Source: Promethearchaeota archaeon (GTDB taxonomy: Archaea; Asgardarchaeota; Lokiarchaeia; Sigyniarchaeales; SOKP01). From it: DNA of 64,000 nt. Both the position numbers and the translations under genes were made by a program. The notes beneath the pieces were generated by a model. It was given only the letters and a program-made list of their open reading frames with translations. It was not told where the DNA came from and made no database searches. Each line of letters opens with the position of its first letter. Within the stretch, counting starts at the first letter, position 1. Of the stretch, positions 10,467 through 21,260 are shown in pieces. Location of the stretch: NCBI GenBank assembly GCA_029838195.1, contig JALGVJ010000012.1:32001-96000 (forward strand), written 5' to 3'.

Positions 10467-12194
10467 TTACCCAAATAACCAGAGAGCGAGGAGTACTATG
10501 CCGACAAGAAACGCCAGGATAGCCCAAATGTAGGTCATGTGCTTGGAATAATTTCTATATCGCTCTCCATGAGCAGTTTCGATGGTATCGACTTGAAGGT
10601 AAGGGGATGGTCCTCGGCGATACCATCCTTTAATTCTTACTCGCTGCCCGACGAGCTTTCTGGCTTTTAGAATGGCCCAGAAAAAATCCACGATACTCAA
10701 GCCAAACCGATAATCGATGTACAACAAGCCAGTATCATCTTGGAAGTAGAGATCATCACTAAAATAATACCCGGGAATTCCTTGACCAACTATTATGCCT
10801 TCTAAGATGGCGGGTTCGCAACGGATGGGAGATACTTTCACGTTTACCAACAAATCGCTAATGTGCTTGGGTTCGAAGCCGCTTTTGTACATGAATTGGG
10901 TTTTAATGATGAAAGCAAAGGCAATCAAGTAGAAGCCAACGGCCCACATGAGGAGCAGGTTTGAGCCGGTAAAGGCATTTGTTATGGTGTCATTTACTTG
11001 TAATAAAATAGCGAAGAACCATACGATGGATACGGCAACTAACAGAACGAAAACGACGCTTGGGAGGTATTTTATCAATAAATCGGTGAGGAATTCATCC
11101 CAGAGTGTTTTTCCTGCTTGTTGTTCCTTTAATTGTCTTGCCCTGGAGAAATCGATGGCAGGTTTGAGCCCATAAGTGGGACATTGTTCATTTAATCGCA
11201 TGATTCTTTTGGCGGGAAGGGGATGCGTGCTGATGAGCTCATAGAAGCGAGCCCAAGGATTGAATAAATCCCATGCGGCAGTAGCTTCGATGATGTCTTT
11301 AGAAAAAGATCCTCCTCGTCCCACGCTAGAAATAGCAACTGCTTTTGCAGCTCTTGGATCGAAGATGCCCAGTCCTTTTAAAGCTCTAACGGGTGATTTT
11401 CTTCTTTCTTCCACGTTTGCATCGACCAGCAATCCATAAGCTATTTTAATCAAGCCAGTGGATAGAGCATTAGGATTCCTGAGGACCTCAGCAGAGTGTT
11501 CATCTGCATAATATTCTCGAATCCTACTAACAATGAGAGAAATTAAAAAGCCGATATAATAGGCGATGTAGGAGAGTGCAGCGATGATGATGAGAGCAAT
11601 CTGTAAATATGCGGCACTTTCACTGTCTTTCGAGGAGACTCTTCGAGTTCGAGAAAAAAAGCTGGCATAATAGGCCCATCGGGCAATGGTAAGGAGCACC
11701 AACGGGATGGCAAACACGATGGTCATTAAAATAAAATCCGAATGAATTACGTGTCCCAATTCGTGAGCTAAAACAGCATTTTGTTCATCTTCGTCAAGAT
11801 AATGAAAGATACCATCCGTGAGAACGATTCTAGAGGAGTTTTTCCCCCAACCAAAAGTAAAGGCGTTTGGATTGAAGTCATGAATTACTCCAAGCTTGGG
11901 CATTTTAATTCCATTGGTACGGACGACTGTATCGAGTGTATCTCGCAATTGTGGATATTTCCATGCGAATTCATCGGGTGTCATCCAATCTATTCGATAT
12001 ACCCAGTTTATAATGTAAGGGGATATCAAGTATTGAAGAAATACGATTCCTATCGTGATGAAAACCATTATTAACAAGCCATAGAGCGTGAAGGGGAGGA
12101 ACCAAGTTCCGATGAGAAATACTACAGCATATAATAATGCGAATAGAGCAGTCGTGGCAATTGTTGAAGCTAATCTTAATCCGATTTTTTTCAC
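10467..12194 (-). CDS. htpX: HtpX-like M48 zinc metalloprotease with C-terminal extension
   Basis: PNAFTFG, HELGH, SRIREYYAD and STHP motifs. Extra TM and soluble C-terminal region. Confidence 0.88.
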   Translation of the reverse strand: MKKIGLRLASTIATTALFALLYAVVFLIGTWFLPFTLYGLLIMVFITIGIVFLQYLISPYIINWVYRIDWMTPDEFAWKYPQLRDTLDTVVRTNGIKMPKLGVIHDFNPNAFTFGWGKNSSRIVLTDGIFHYLDEDEQNAVLAHELGHVIHSDFILMTIVFAIPLVLLTIARWAYYASFFSRTRRVSSKDSESAAYLQIALIIIAALSYIAYYIGFLISLIVSRIREYYADEHSAEVLRNPNALSTGLIKIAYGLLVDANVEERRKSPVRALKGLGIFDPRAAKAVAISSVGRGGSFSKDIIEATAAWDLFNPWARFYELISTHPLPAKRIMRLNEQCPTYGLKPAIDFSRARQLKEQQAGKTLWDEFLTDLLIKYLPSVVFVLLVAVSIVWFFAILLQVNDTITNAFTGSNLLLMWAVGFYLIAFAFIIKTQFMYKSGFEPKHISDLLVNVKVSPIRCEPAILEGIIVGQGIPGYYFSDDLYFQDDTGLLYIDYRFGLSIVDFFWAILKARKLVGQRVRIKGWYRRGPSPYLQVDTIETAHGERYRNYSKHMTYIWAILAFLVGIVLLALWLFG

Positions 12195-12631
12195 CTTTTA
12201 TTTTATTTCTTAGAATTTCAAAACTTATTTCTAATAAAATATTCCTTGATAATTAAATAACTTTAATGGATTATTAATTTTTTTCATTAAAATTATAATT
12301 TTCTTGGGAAAAAGGGGAAACAATTAGAGAAAAAAAATAGGAAAACCTATAAAGAGGGATTTTCATGAAATTTTTAGGAATAAAATATAAGAAAAAAAGA
12401 AAAAAAATCCCAAATTCTTACGCGTGGAGTACGAATTGGACCATTTTTATTAAGTTTCTCCCAATGCTTTTAATCTTCCTTGAAACCAATCAAATGAATG
12501 AATTAATTAGGGACAAATTTATTAACTTGAGATCATAAATTATTTAGGAAACAATATCTATAATTTCCTTAGGATTGGAAGGTAAAGATTGTTCATGCGT
12601 GATAGTTTGAAATGAGGAAGGGGGATTATTA

Positions 12632-13657
12632 TTGGAACGTAAAAAAAGGAAAGTTCGTTTCAATATCAAGGTTAAAAGATTTATGACAAATACGAAATTT
12701 TCGAAATTTTTTTTCGTGCTCATGGGTTTAATTCTTACCTTTCTAATCATTTTTTCAGAAAGCATTGTTCACGTGTGTGTTTTAGGCATCAATGGTAATT
12801 TCTGGACTTACTTGTTCTTTCCCTCCCTCAGTGATTTTTTATTGCGTTTAATTATATTAATTGTTCTTATATCATTTGGAATTTCTACCCAATTATACTT
12901 TAACATAAAGAAAAAGAGTGAGACTCGAATTAGAGTCTTGGAAGCTAGGACTCAAGATTTACTGGATAAATCTCTCTTGTATGGAAATCTTTTAATGCAT
13001 GATATTAAAAACATTTTTCAAAACATAAAATCTGCTGTAGAACTACTTCTTCTTTACTTACAACAAAATAAAGATTTGACTGAAAAAATGGAATTTTTAT
13101 CAATAATTAAAGACCAAGTTGATAGAGGAGCATCTTTAATCAAAGATATTAATTTCCTCATGCGATTTGAACAAGAAAAGGAGATTCTAAAATTTTTGGA
13201 AATCATGGAAATCTTAAAAGAAATAATTACTCATATTAAAAGAATTTATCCGAATCAAATCATTGAAATAACCATGGAGGCTCCTCAAGATCAGATTTTC
13301 GTGAAAGCAAACGAGTTAATTAGAGAAGTTTTTGAAAACTTGTTAGAAAATGCCATTAAATACAATGATAGCGACATCAAGAAAATCTTCGTTAAAATCT
13401 CTATAATCCAGAAAGATCATGAAAAATTCGTGAAGATGCAGTTCCAGGATAATGGAAGAGGTATTTTAAGTGAAAATAAAAAAATCATATTTCAAGACAT
13501 TTCAGAAAGGATTCAAGATAAATCTGGAAAGGGAATGGGGTTATCAATCGTGAAAAAATTGATTGAAAGTTATGGAGGGTCCATTACCGTAAAAGATAGA
13601 GTTCCAGGAGATCCTTCTCAAGGTTCGAATTTTATTTTGGAACTTCCCTATGCATGA
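12632..13657 (+). CDS. Membrane-bound sensor histidine kinase
   Basis: H-box HDIKN, N-box ENLLENAIKY, DNGRGI and GMGL, plus two TMs. The start may be the ATG at 12683. Confidence 0.9.
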   Translation: MERKKRKVRFNIKVKRFMTNTKFSKFFFVLMGLILTFLIIFSESIVHVCVLGINGNFWTYLFFPSLSDFLLRLIILIVLISFGISTQLYFNIKKKSETRIRVLEARTQDLLDKSLLYGNLLMHDIKNIFQNIKSAVELLLLYLQQNKDLTEKMEFLSIIKDQVDRGASLIKDINFLMRFEQEKEILKFLEIMEILKEIITHIKRIYPNQIIEITMEAPQDQIFVKANELIREVFENLLENAIKYNDSDIKKIFVKISIIQKDHEKFVKMQFQDNGRGILSENKKIIFQDISERIQDKSGKGMGLSIVKKLIESYGGSITVKDRVPGDPSQGSNFILELPYA

Positions 13658-13862
13658 AAAATGAATTATAATTGTTGATAGCAAATCGTTCAAGGCGTCG
13701 TCCTTGAAGGGTTATTATGAATGTTCTACTCATCTTGTCCAAGAAAAAGTTTGAAATAAAAACCATTTTAATGTTCCGAAAAATCCCGGGATCAAAATTA
13801 GATTTAATACTAACTAAGTAATATTATAGTTTATATTAATGATCTCGAGAGTTAAGTAAAAA

Positions 13863-15797
13863 GTGAAATTTATAGATCCAAAAAAAGATGTTTCTCAACT
13901 TTTAAACAAGTATAGTAAGAAGCGTGTATCTCTCGAAAAAGCAATTAGAGGACACGTTCATCCAGGGGATCGAATTTTTATCGATTCCGGATGTTCCGAA
14001 CCTATTGATCTCACAAAAAAATTAATTGAATTAGGACCTGAACTTCCGGACGTGGAAATCCTTCATTTTCTTTCATTAAGTGATTTGGATTATTACGAAA
14101 CAGCAGGCGGGATTGAAGATTTATTCCGACACAATGCGTTTTTTATTGGAAAATCACTTCGAAAGTACATTAAAGCCGGACAAGCAGATTATACGCCCAT
14201 GTTACTTTCTGAAATTCCATTGCTATTTAAAAGAGGAAAAATGCACGTGGATGTGGCTCTCATTCAAGTCAGTCCGCCGGATAAATATGGTTTTTGCAGT
14301 TATGGGATTAATGTGGATATCGTAAAAGCCATAGCCGAATCAGCGGAAACCGTGATAGCCGAAATAAATCCTAAGATGCCCCGAACGTTAGGAGATTCAT
14401 TCATCCACATGGACGATATCGATGCATTTGTTATCAGTGATCATGACATTATTGAATATACATATAAAGAACCGGACGAGGTGGCTATTAAAATCGCGGA
14501 ATATACCGCTTCTTTAATAGATAATGAGTCTACCATTCAAATGGGAATAGGAACCATTCCTAATGCTGTAACGAAGGCATTAGAAGGTAAAAAAGATCTA
14601 GGCGTACATAGTGAAGTATTCTCAGATGGTGTCGTAGATTTAGTTGAGAAGGGTGTGATTACTTGCAAAAAGAAAACCATTCATGAGGGAAAAATCATCT
14701 GCTCTTTCATAATGGGATCACGACGCTTGTATGAGTTTGCAGATGAAAATCCCATGTTAGAATTTCATCCTTGTGAATATACAAACGATCCCTTCATCAT
14801 AAGTCAGAATAGAAAACAAGTTGCCATTAACGCGGCCCTGACCGTGGATTTAACGGGACAAGTCAATGCAGATTCTTTAGGACATCAATTTTACAGCGGT
14901 ATAGGAGGACAAGTAGATTTTGTAAGGGGTGCGAGCAGGGCTCCTGATGGTAAACCCATCATGGTATTACCTTCTACGGCGACTTTAGAAAACGGCAAAA
15001 TAATATCCAGAATCGTTCCTTATCTCCAGCCTGGTTCGGGAGTGGTGATAACTAGAGGAGACGTGCATTATATTGTCACGGAATGGGGAATTGCATATCT
15101 TTATGGAAAAAGCGTGAGAGAGCGTGTCTTGCAAATGATCAATATTGCTCATCCGGACTTTCGGGAAGAGCTCCTCGAGCATGCAAAGAAATGGAATTAT
15201 GTCTATTCAGATCAAGCGCTACCTAAATCCATTGACGGAAGAATTAGTATTTATCCTTCTCAATATGAAACTACATTGGTTTTGAAAAATAATAAAAAAT
15301 TATTAATAAGGCCCGTCAAACCGACGGATGAACGGATGATTCAAGAGTTGCATTATAGTTTAGATGAAAATGACCGTTATTATCGTTTTTTTGCCCCTGT
15401 TCGGGATTTTCGTCATAAAAAAATACAACCCCTTGTTAATATTGATTATTCGACTAACATGATTTTAGTTGCCGTCCATGCTGAGGATTCTGAAGAAAAA
15501 ATAATAGCCATGGGAGCCATATTTAAAACAATTCATCCCTCTTTGGGTGAATTGGCCTTTGTTACTCATCCTGAATGGCGAAGCTTGGGTATTACTAAAT
15601 TTTTATTGGAATATTTGATTAAAATTGCGAGAGAATTAAATTATAGCAAGTTAGGAGGGTCTATTCTATTAGAAAACAAGCCCATGCTTCATATCATCAA
15701 TTCTGCAGGATATGATTTGACAATAAAAAAAATCGAGGGAGGAGTTTGGGAATTTGAAATGGATATTACCAATAAATTGCGTCGAGAAAATCGCTGA
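13863..15797 (+). CDS. Acetyl-CoA hydrolase/CoA-transferase fused to GNAT acetyltransferase
   Basis: QMGIG, GVHSE, SGIGGQVDF and VTEWG motifs. C-terminal IRPVKPTD...YYRFF...WRSLGI Pat-type GNAT domain. Confidence 0.9.
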   Translation: MKFIDPKKDVSQLLNKYSKKRVSLEKAIRGHVHPGDRIFIDSGCSEPIDLTKKLIELGPELPDVEILHFLSLSDLDYYETAGGIEDLFRHNAFFIGKSLRKYIKAGQADYTPMLLSEIPLLFKRGKMHVDVALIQVSPPDKYGFCSYGINVDIVKAIAESAETVIAEINPKMPRTLGDSFIHMDDIDAFVISDHDIIEYTYKEPDEVAIKIAEYTASLIDNESTIQMGIGTIPNAVTKALEGKKDLGVHSEVFSDGVVDLVEKGVITCKKKTIHEGKIICSFIMGSRRLYEFADENPMLEFHPCEYTNDPFIISQNRKQVAINAALTVDLTGQVNADSLGHQFYSGIGGQVDFVRGASRAPDGKPIMVLPSTATLENGKIISRIVPYLQPGSGVVITRGDVHYIVTEWGIAYLYGKSVRERVLQMINIAHPDFREELLEHAKKWNYVYSDQALPKSIDGRISIYPSQYETTLVLKNNKKLLIRPVKPTDERMIQELHYSLDENDRYYRFFAPVRDFRHKKIQPLVNIDYSTNMILVAVHAEDSEEKIIAMGAIFKTIHPSLGELAFVTHPEWRSLGITKFLLEYLIKIARELNYSKLGGSILLENKPMLHIINSAGYDLTIKKIEGGVWEFEMDITNKLRRENR

Positions 15798-15859
15798 CGA
15801 GTATTTGAAGGTTTAACACTCACAATTAGTTGATCATTAATATAGGTGGAGGTGATCCC

Positions 15860-16726
15860 TTGATTTCATTATTAATTACCGAATTTCATGCTAACTATAT
15901 GAAAGAAGGTTTATCCGATAGGGTAATTGATGATTTTCGAAGAATTATTTTGGGGTATTATAATAAAAATAAGCGAAAATTTCCCTTTCGAGAAACGAGA
16001 AATGAATATTACGTGTTAGTAAGTGAAATCATGCTACAACAAACTCAAACGGGTGCGGTAGCGGAAAAATTCCTTAAATTCATAGAGTTATTTCCAGATT
16101 TTGCCTCGCTAGCTCGAGCTTCCTTAGAGGATGTATTGAACGCGTGGCAAGGATTAGGATATAACCGAAGAGCTCTTGCTTTAAAGACCATCGCAGAAAA
16201 AATCGTGAAAAACCATAGGGGTAAATTACCAAGAGATAAAGAAATCTTAATTTCTTTTCCTCAGATCGGAGACTCTACGGCATCATCCATTCTTGCATTT
16301 GCCTTTAATGAGCCCACCGTATTTATAGAAACTAATATTAGACGCGTGTATTTGTACTATTTTTTTCCCGATCAATACGTGGTAAAGGATACAGAGATTT
16401 ATCCGATCGTAGAAAAAACGCTTGATTGAGAAAATCCGAGGGGATGATATAATGCATTAATGGACCATGGAGTCATGTTCAAAAAGAAATTTCCAAACTT
16501 GAATAAAAGGAGCTTTCATTATAAAAAACAAAAAAAATTTGAGGGGTCCACCAGACAACTAAGGGGAAAAATATTAAAAATTCTTCTTACAAAAAAAGTC
16601 ATTAACAAACACGAGTTAATGAAAGAATTGAATATTAATGAAAAGAAATTAAGTGAGATAACAATTAGATTAGAAAGAGAGGGTTTTATAACAAAAAAGG
16701 ATAAACAAATTGTTTTAAACACCTAA
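15860..16726 (+). pseudogene. mutY: A/G-specific adenine glycosylase MutY interrupted by two in-frame TGA codons
   Basis: VSEIMLQQTQ, WQGLGYNRRA and HhH FPQIG motifs. The frame reads EKTLD*ENPRG*YNALMDHG (TGA at 16427 and 16445) and continues in frame to 16726. SD GGAGGTG precedes the TTG at 15860. Confidence 0.85.
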
Positions 16727-16776
16727 CAGGTTCTCTAATTCAATGGATCTGAAAATATTCTCGTTTTAGACGGAAA

Positions 16777-18093
16777 TTATTTAGAACTCCGCTGTTTTAA
16801 AAATTTTTTGGCTAATTGAGCTTGTCTTTTCCATGAACCGAATAAATTTCCGTTAGAAGTTAGCTTTTCTATCACGTTCAATAAATTTCCTTTCAGGAAT
16901 CCCGGAGCTTTCGAAGAAAAAGGTGTTTGAGGTAGGGGCATGAAGTAGTGAGCGTGAATTGTCGCTCCAAGCTTCGTTAAATCTTTCATTACTTTAATTG
17001 TTTTCTCTACATCACTTTCATTTTCTCCCGGTAATCCAAAAATAAAATCCACGATTGCTTTTAATTTATATTTAGTTGTTAATTCCACGGCTTTACAAAT
17101 ATCTTCTACGGAATGTCCTCTATTACAAGAATCTAATATTTTTTGACTCCCAGATTGGGCTCCTATTACGATATTATCATTAGATGCGTATTTTTTAATT
17201 AACTCAAGAGAAGCGGGAATGACATGTTCAGGTCGCGCTTCGGAAGGAAATGTACCAAAAAAAAGCCTTCCTTTCTTAGAAAAGCGATCCTTGGTCGTTC
17301 TCAAAAGCTCCTCAATTTTATTTAGATTCAGCTTTTTTCCGTCAATAGAACCGTAAGAAAAAGCATTAGGTGCCACGAATCTCACATCCGTGTGATCCTT
17401 GAATTGTTCAACCAAATCATCCACATGCTCGCAAATAGATTCTATACTTCTATGCCGAGGCTTGGTACCGAAAATGTGGGGTGTTTGGCAAAAATAACAA
17501 GCATGAGGACATCCTCTTGTGATTTCAATGGGGCCAAATCTTTTAAATTGGTGTTTGGGAAATGAGCGATAATCATCCAATTGAATAAAGGAACGCTTTC
17601 CGATGTATTGATGCTTTCCTTGCTCGTTAATGAAATAAATTCCTTTAACTTTTCTGATATCATCATTGTTTTTAACGTGTTTTAGGAGTTCAGAAAAAGT
17701 TTTCTCTCCCTCCCCAAGAACGCCAATATCAACTCCTATATCCAGAGTTCTTCGAGGATCACCTGTAGGATGAGGCCCACCCGCAATTAACTGAAGTTTT
17801 TTCCCATATCTCCTTTTTAAATTCTTCACGAGCCATTTTATTTCAAAAAACTGGGAAGTGAAAAGGGAAAAGCAAACATGGAGGAGAGCATGAGTTCTTA
17901 ATAATTCATTTATTTTTTGAAGAAGATCCCATTGAGACTCAATAATGAAAATATCCATGTCTCTCCCTTCTAAAACGTTTTCCGTTTCCAAAGCTGCTAA
18001 GAGAGCATTCCAACTATTCTTATTCACGTGCTCGTGATAAAGGATTACTGCGGTATCTTTAATAATATCACCTTCGAAATCATTAATATCCAT
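16777..18093 (-). CDS. B12-binding domain radical SAM protein (TIGR04013-like)
   Basis: GGPHP/GEGE cobalamin-binding region and EITRGCPHACYFC (CxxxCxxC). Confidence 0.85.
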   Translation of the reverse strand: MDINDFEGDIIKDTAVILYHEHVNKNSWNALLAALETENVLEGRDMDIFIIESQWDLLQKINELLRTHALLHVCFSLFTSQFFEIKWLVKNLKRRYGKKLQLIAGGPHPTGDPRRTLDIGVDIGVLGEGEKTFSELLKHVKNNDDIRKVKGIYFINEQGKHQYIGKRSFIQLDDYRSFPKHQFKRFGPIEITRGCPHACYFCQTPHIFGTKPRHRSIESICEHVDDLVEQFKDHTDVRFVAPNAFSYGSIDGKKLNLNKIEELLRTTKDRFSKKGRLFFGTFPSEARPEHVIPASLELIKKYASNDNIVIGAQSGSQKILDSCNRGHSVEDICKAVELTTKYKLKAIVDFIFGLPGENESDVEKTIKVMKDLTKLGATIHAHYFMPLPQTPFSSKAPGFLKGNLLNVIEKLTSNGNLFGSWKRQAQLAKKFLKQRSSK

Positions 18094-18232
18094 GCCACTT
18101 AAAAAGGTTCATGGTTCTTATATTAAAATTAAGCGAACAATAATTAATCATCTAAATTTATTAACCACCATTTTATTATATTATTAACCTAAAATATTCA
18201 TTATAGTAGAAATTCCCATCAAGTGAAAGATA

Positions 18233-18700
18233 ATGCTATTTAATTGGTTAATTGCCACTTCCATCGATGAAGTGGGTGTCAGTTGGTTTGATTTTTATAG
18301 TTTAGGCCATATATGTTTTGGAATCGGTGTTTTTTTGTTTTTTTCCCTATTTTATACCATTCCGAAGCATCAAGGGAAAATTCCTATCTTTTCCCTATTA
18401 TTCGTTTTTATTTGCTCGCTTGCCGTTCTCATTACATGGGAGCTTTTAGAGAATTCCCTTTTTATTGAACTTGGATGGAAGTTTGAAGGGAGAGCAGATA
18501 GCTGGCAAAACATTACCACGGACATCATATTGGGGGTCGTGGGCGCCCTTTTCACGTGGCTTTATTGCTATTTAGTATTCGAGAAAGAGAAGAAACTCTG
18601 GCTCTATTACCTCTATGGACTGCTTGCTTTTGGCATCTGGTTAATATTTTTCTTCATTGGACGCTATATAACGTACTGGTATGCGGGACTCTACGCTTGA
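18233..18700 (+). CDS. Four-TM membrane protein, putative metal-binding (H...WExxE...D)
   Basis: Hydrophobic segments with GHICFG, WELLE and DSWQNITTD. Confidence 0.7.
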   Translation: MLFNWLIATSIDEVGVSWFDFYSLGHICFGIGVFLFFSLFYTIPKHQGKIPIFSLLFVFICSLAVLITWELLENSLFIELGWKFEGRADSWQNITTDIILGVVGALFTWLYCYLVFEKEKKLWLYYLYGLLAFGIWLIFFFIGRYITYWYAGLYA

Positions 18701-18846
18701 TGTGGCTTTTTAAATTTTTTACCCATAAAAATCGATATTATTATTTTTTTTTCCCTATTTATTAAATTTACTTTTTCTTTTATTAAAGAAAGCTTTAGAT
18801 TCTCGGGACACCTTTTCCATTAAACCTTTAAAGGATTAAATCTAAT

Positions 18847-19644
18847 ATGATACTACCCATGGTGGAAAAAGTAATAAAAATGCCCATGTTTTTTGAAAAA
18901 GGCACGATTCCTTTAATATTTTCAGTACCGCATGGAGGTTCCTTAAGGTGTAAGGAAATTCCTGAAAGAGAAAATGGTATATTTGGGATTGATAAAGGAA
19001 CGATAGAAATAGCAAGAAAATTATGCTCCATCATTTCCTCTCGATTAAAGATTAAAGAAAATAATGAAAAATCCATTCCTTCTCTCATCATATCCAACCT
19101 AAAGCGCTCACAAATTGACCTCAATAGAGATGAACATGAAGCCTTTAATTCTAACTCGAAAATAGCCAAAAAACTATATCATTTTTATCATGATAAAATA
19201 CGAGAATTCATTTCCTATAATTTAAAGTATTTTGGAATATCTCTTCTGATTGACATTCATGGATTTGAAAAACATAAGCGACCAGCGGGATTTAGGGACG
19301 TGGATATCGTCCTTGGAACTAATAATTTAAATTCCATTTCAAACACCCCTATTCCAAGAAAGGATTGGGATAAAAATATTAGAGGGATGCTCATTAAAAA
19401 ATTCTTGGAACATGATATTCCTATTGCGCCGGGCCATCCGAGAAGAAGGGAATACGTGCTCACGGGCGGATATATAACTCAAATCCATGGAGCATCGAGC
19501 ATTAATAATAGTCAGGCGATTCAAGTTGAATTTTCCGATAAAATTCGAATACATTATAAAAAGTATCAACAAGAAATCTTAGAAATCATGGCAACCGCGA
19601 TTATCGAATATTTAGATACTGCTCAAACATTAAAAATAGGTTGA
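18847..19644 (+). CDS. N-formylglutamate amidohydrolase-like protein
   Basis: SVPHGG, IDLNR, YHD, DIHG, TGGYIT and QVE motifs. Confidence 0.8.
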   Translation: MILPMVEKVIKMPMFFEKGTIPLIFSVPHGGSLRCKEIPERENGIFGIDKGTIEIARKLCSIISSRLKIKENNEKSIPSLIISNLKRSQIDLNRDEHEAFNSNSKIAKKLYHFYHDKIREFISYNLKYFGISLLIDIHGFEKHKRPAGFRDVDIVLGTNNLNSISNTPIPRKDWDKNIRGMLIKKFLEHDIPIAPGHPRRREYVLTGGYITQIHGASSINNSQAIQVEFSDKIRIHYKKYQQEILEIMATAIIEYLDTAQTLKIG

Positions 19645-19957
19645 AATATCCGTGAAATTTATTCTTAAACATAGTGTTTCCATCAAAAAAAAAATCAAAT
19701 CCGCATGATATGGTTTAGATTTATCTTACCTCACTACAATATCCATGTTTCGCAAGGTTTTATTTCACGCTTGCTTAATGGGTGAAAATTCTCTTTCTCA
19801 TATGGCCAAATGACTTGAAGATATAGAAGAATAGAATTTTTAGTGGTCTTAAATAAAGGTTTAGACTATTTTGTTGAAAATTGATGATATCTCTTCTTAT
19901 TAATGGATTCTTCTAAATGATAAAATATTATATTAAAATTTCATTTTACACGATAAT

Positions 19958-20701
19958 ATGGCTCGCTCTGAAAATTTTAAGATAGGATTTGTTTTCGACC
20001 TCGATGGAACTTTAATAAATAGCATGGATATTCGAAAAATAATAGCTAAAGAAATTTATGAGAAATTTAATATCAAAACCAATGACAAAATTGAACGAGA
20101 GATTGAAGAATTAATATATGAACTGGTGGGGGGCGAAAACAGGAAGCACTTAACAACCAAAGTAATGCTTTCAGTGTTTAAAAAATTAGGATTATCATTT
20201 TTTCAAAGAATTAAAGCGTTAATGATGGCAAATAAAATTTTTAAAAGAGAATCAAAAAATATCACCCTCTATGAGGGCGTGAAGGAATTATTTCAAATTT
20301 TAGATGAGAAAAACATCCCTTATACCATCGCTACGACCTCCTCAAAAAAAGAAGTGGAAGAACGACTTTCAAAATTCCCGGAGTTTTACAAGAAATTTGA
20401 TGGCAAAATCATTACTCGAAGTGATGTGAAAAATTTGAAACCCCATCCCGAAAGCATCATTAAAGCTTCAAAAATAATGAATGTTCCCATTAATAATATT
20501 ATAGTGATTGGGGACATGTATACGGACGTTCAAATGGGAAAGAATGTACACGCTATTACCGTGGGTGTCGCAACGGGATTTCTCTCAAAAGAACAATTAA
20601 AACAACTTGAGCCGGATTTTATAGTTGAAACGGTTGCGGATGTGAAAGAAATATTGAGTGATATCATGGCGGAAATAGAAAAAAGAGCTACCTTGCTTTA
20701 A
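19958..20701 (+). CDS. HAD-family hydrolase
   Basis: DLDGTL, KPHP and IGDMYTD motifs. Confidence 0.9.
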   Translation: MARSENFKIGFVFDLDGTLINSMDIRKIIAKEIYEKFNIKTNDKIEREIEELIYELVGGENRKHLTTKVMLSVFKKLGLSFFQRIKALMMANKIFKRESKNITLYEGVKELFQILDEKNIPYTIATTSSKKEVEERLSKFPEFYKKFDGKIITRSDVKNLKPHPESIIKASKIMNVPINNIIVIGDMYTDVQMGKNVHAITVGVATGFLSKEQLKQLEPDFIVETVADVKEILSDIMAEIEKRATLL

Positions 20702-20867
20702 AAGTCAAAATTCTTTTTAATAGTATTTCGATTTAAAATAACAAAAATTTTTATAGAAAACTTTTCATTAATTTTCACATTCTACTCAACAATAATTAAT
20801 AAAAAGTATTAAAAATCGGTTAATATTTAAATTGAACTATTTAACAACGCAGAGAATTTTAATTTAA

Positions 20868-21212
20868 ATGAATGATAATATCGATCCTGTTGATCCTAAA
20901 GATTTACAATCATTTATTGATGGATTAAAAACATCTTTAGATTTTTTAGGCGAAGCAGACCCGATAGAATCGAAAGGATTTCAAGCTCAACTCGCTAAAG
21001 CGATTTCAAAGCTTAGAATAAAAAAAGTAGCGAAGATTGATGAAATTAAACCGCAGTTCGAACGATTTTCAAGAGAAGATTTAAAGCAATACCTTTTAGA
21101 AGAATTAAAAGCATTAAAAGATAGAATTGAACTGAAAGACATCAGCTCTTTCAAGCGATATGAGCTTGCATTGGAAATCACCAAATTACGAGAACGGATC
21201 TCCAAATTATAA
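20868..21212 (+). CDS. Hypothetical helical protein
   Basis: 114-aa ATG ORF, co-directional with neighbours, typical composition. Confidence 0.7.
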   Translation: MNDNIDPVDPKDLQSFIDGLKTSLDFLGEADPIESKGFQAQLAKAISKLRIKKVAKIDEIKPQFERFSREDLKQYLLEELKALKDRIELKDISSFKRYELALEITKLRERISKL

Positions 21213-21260
21213 CTTCTTGGTTTCTTTTCGTTTCTTGTTTTTCTCATTTAGTTTATCAAG

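Noticed and set aside
16427-16447. Selenocysteine or genome-wide UGA recoding in mutY
   Set aside because: The positions fit Arg and Trp, not Cys. TGA is a normal stop in many intact genes here (e.g. ending 5674, 13657, 15797).
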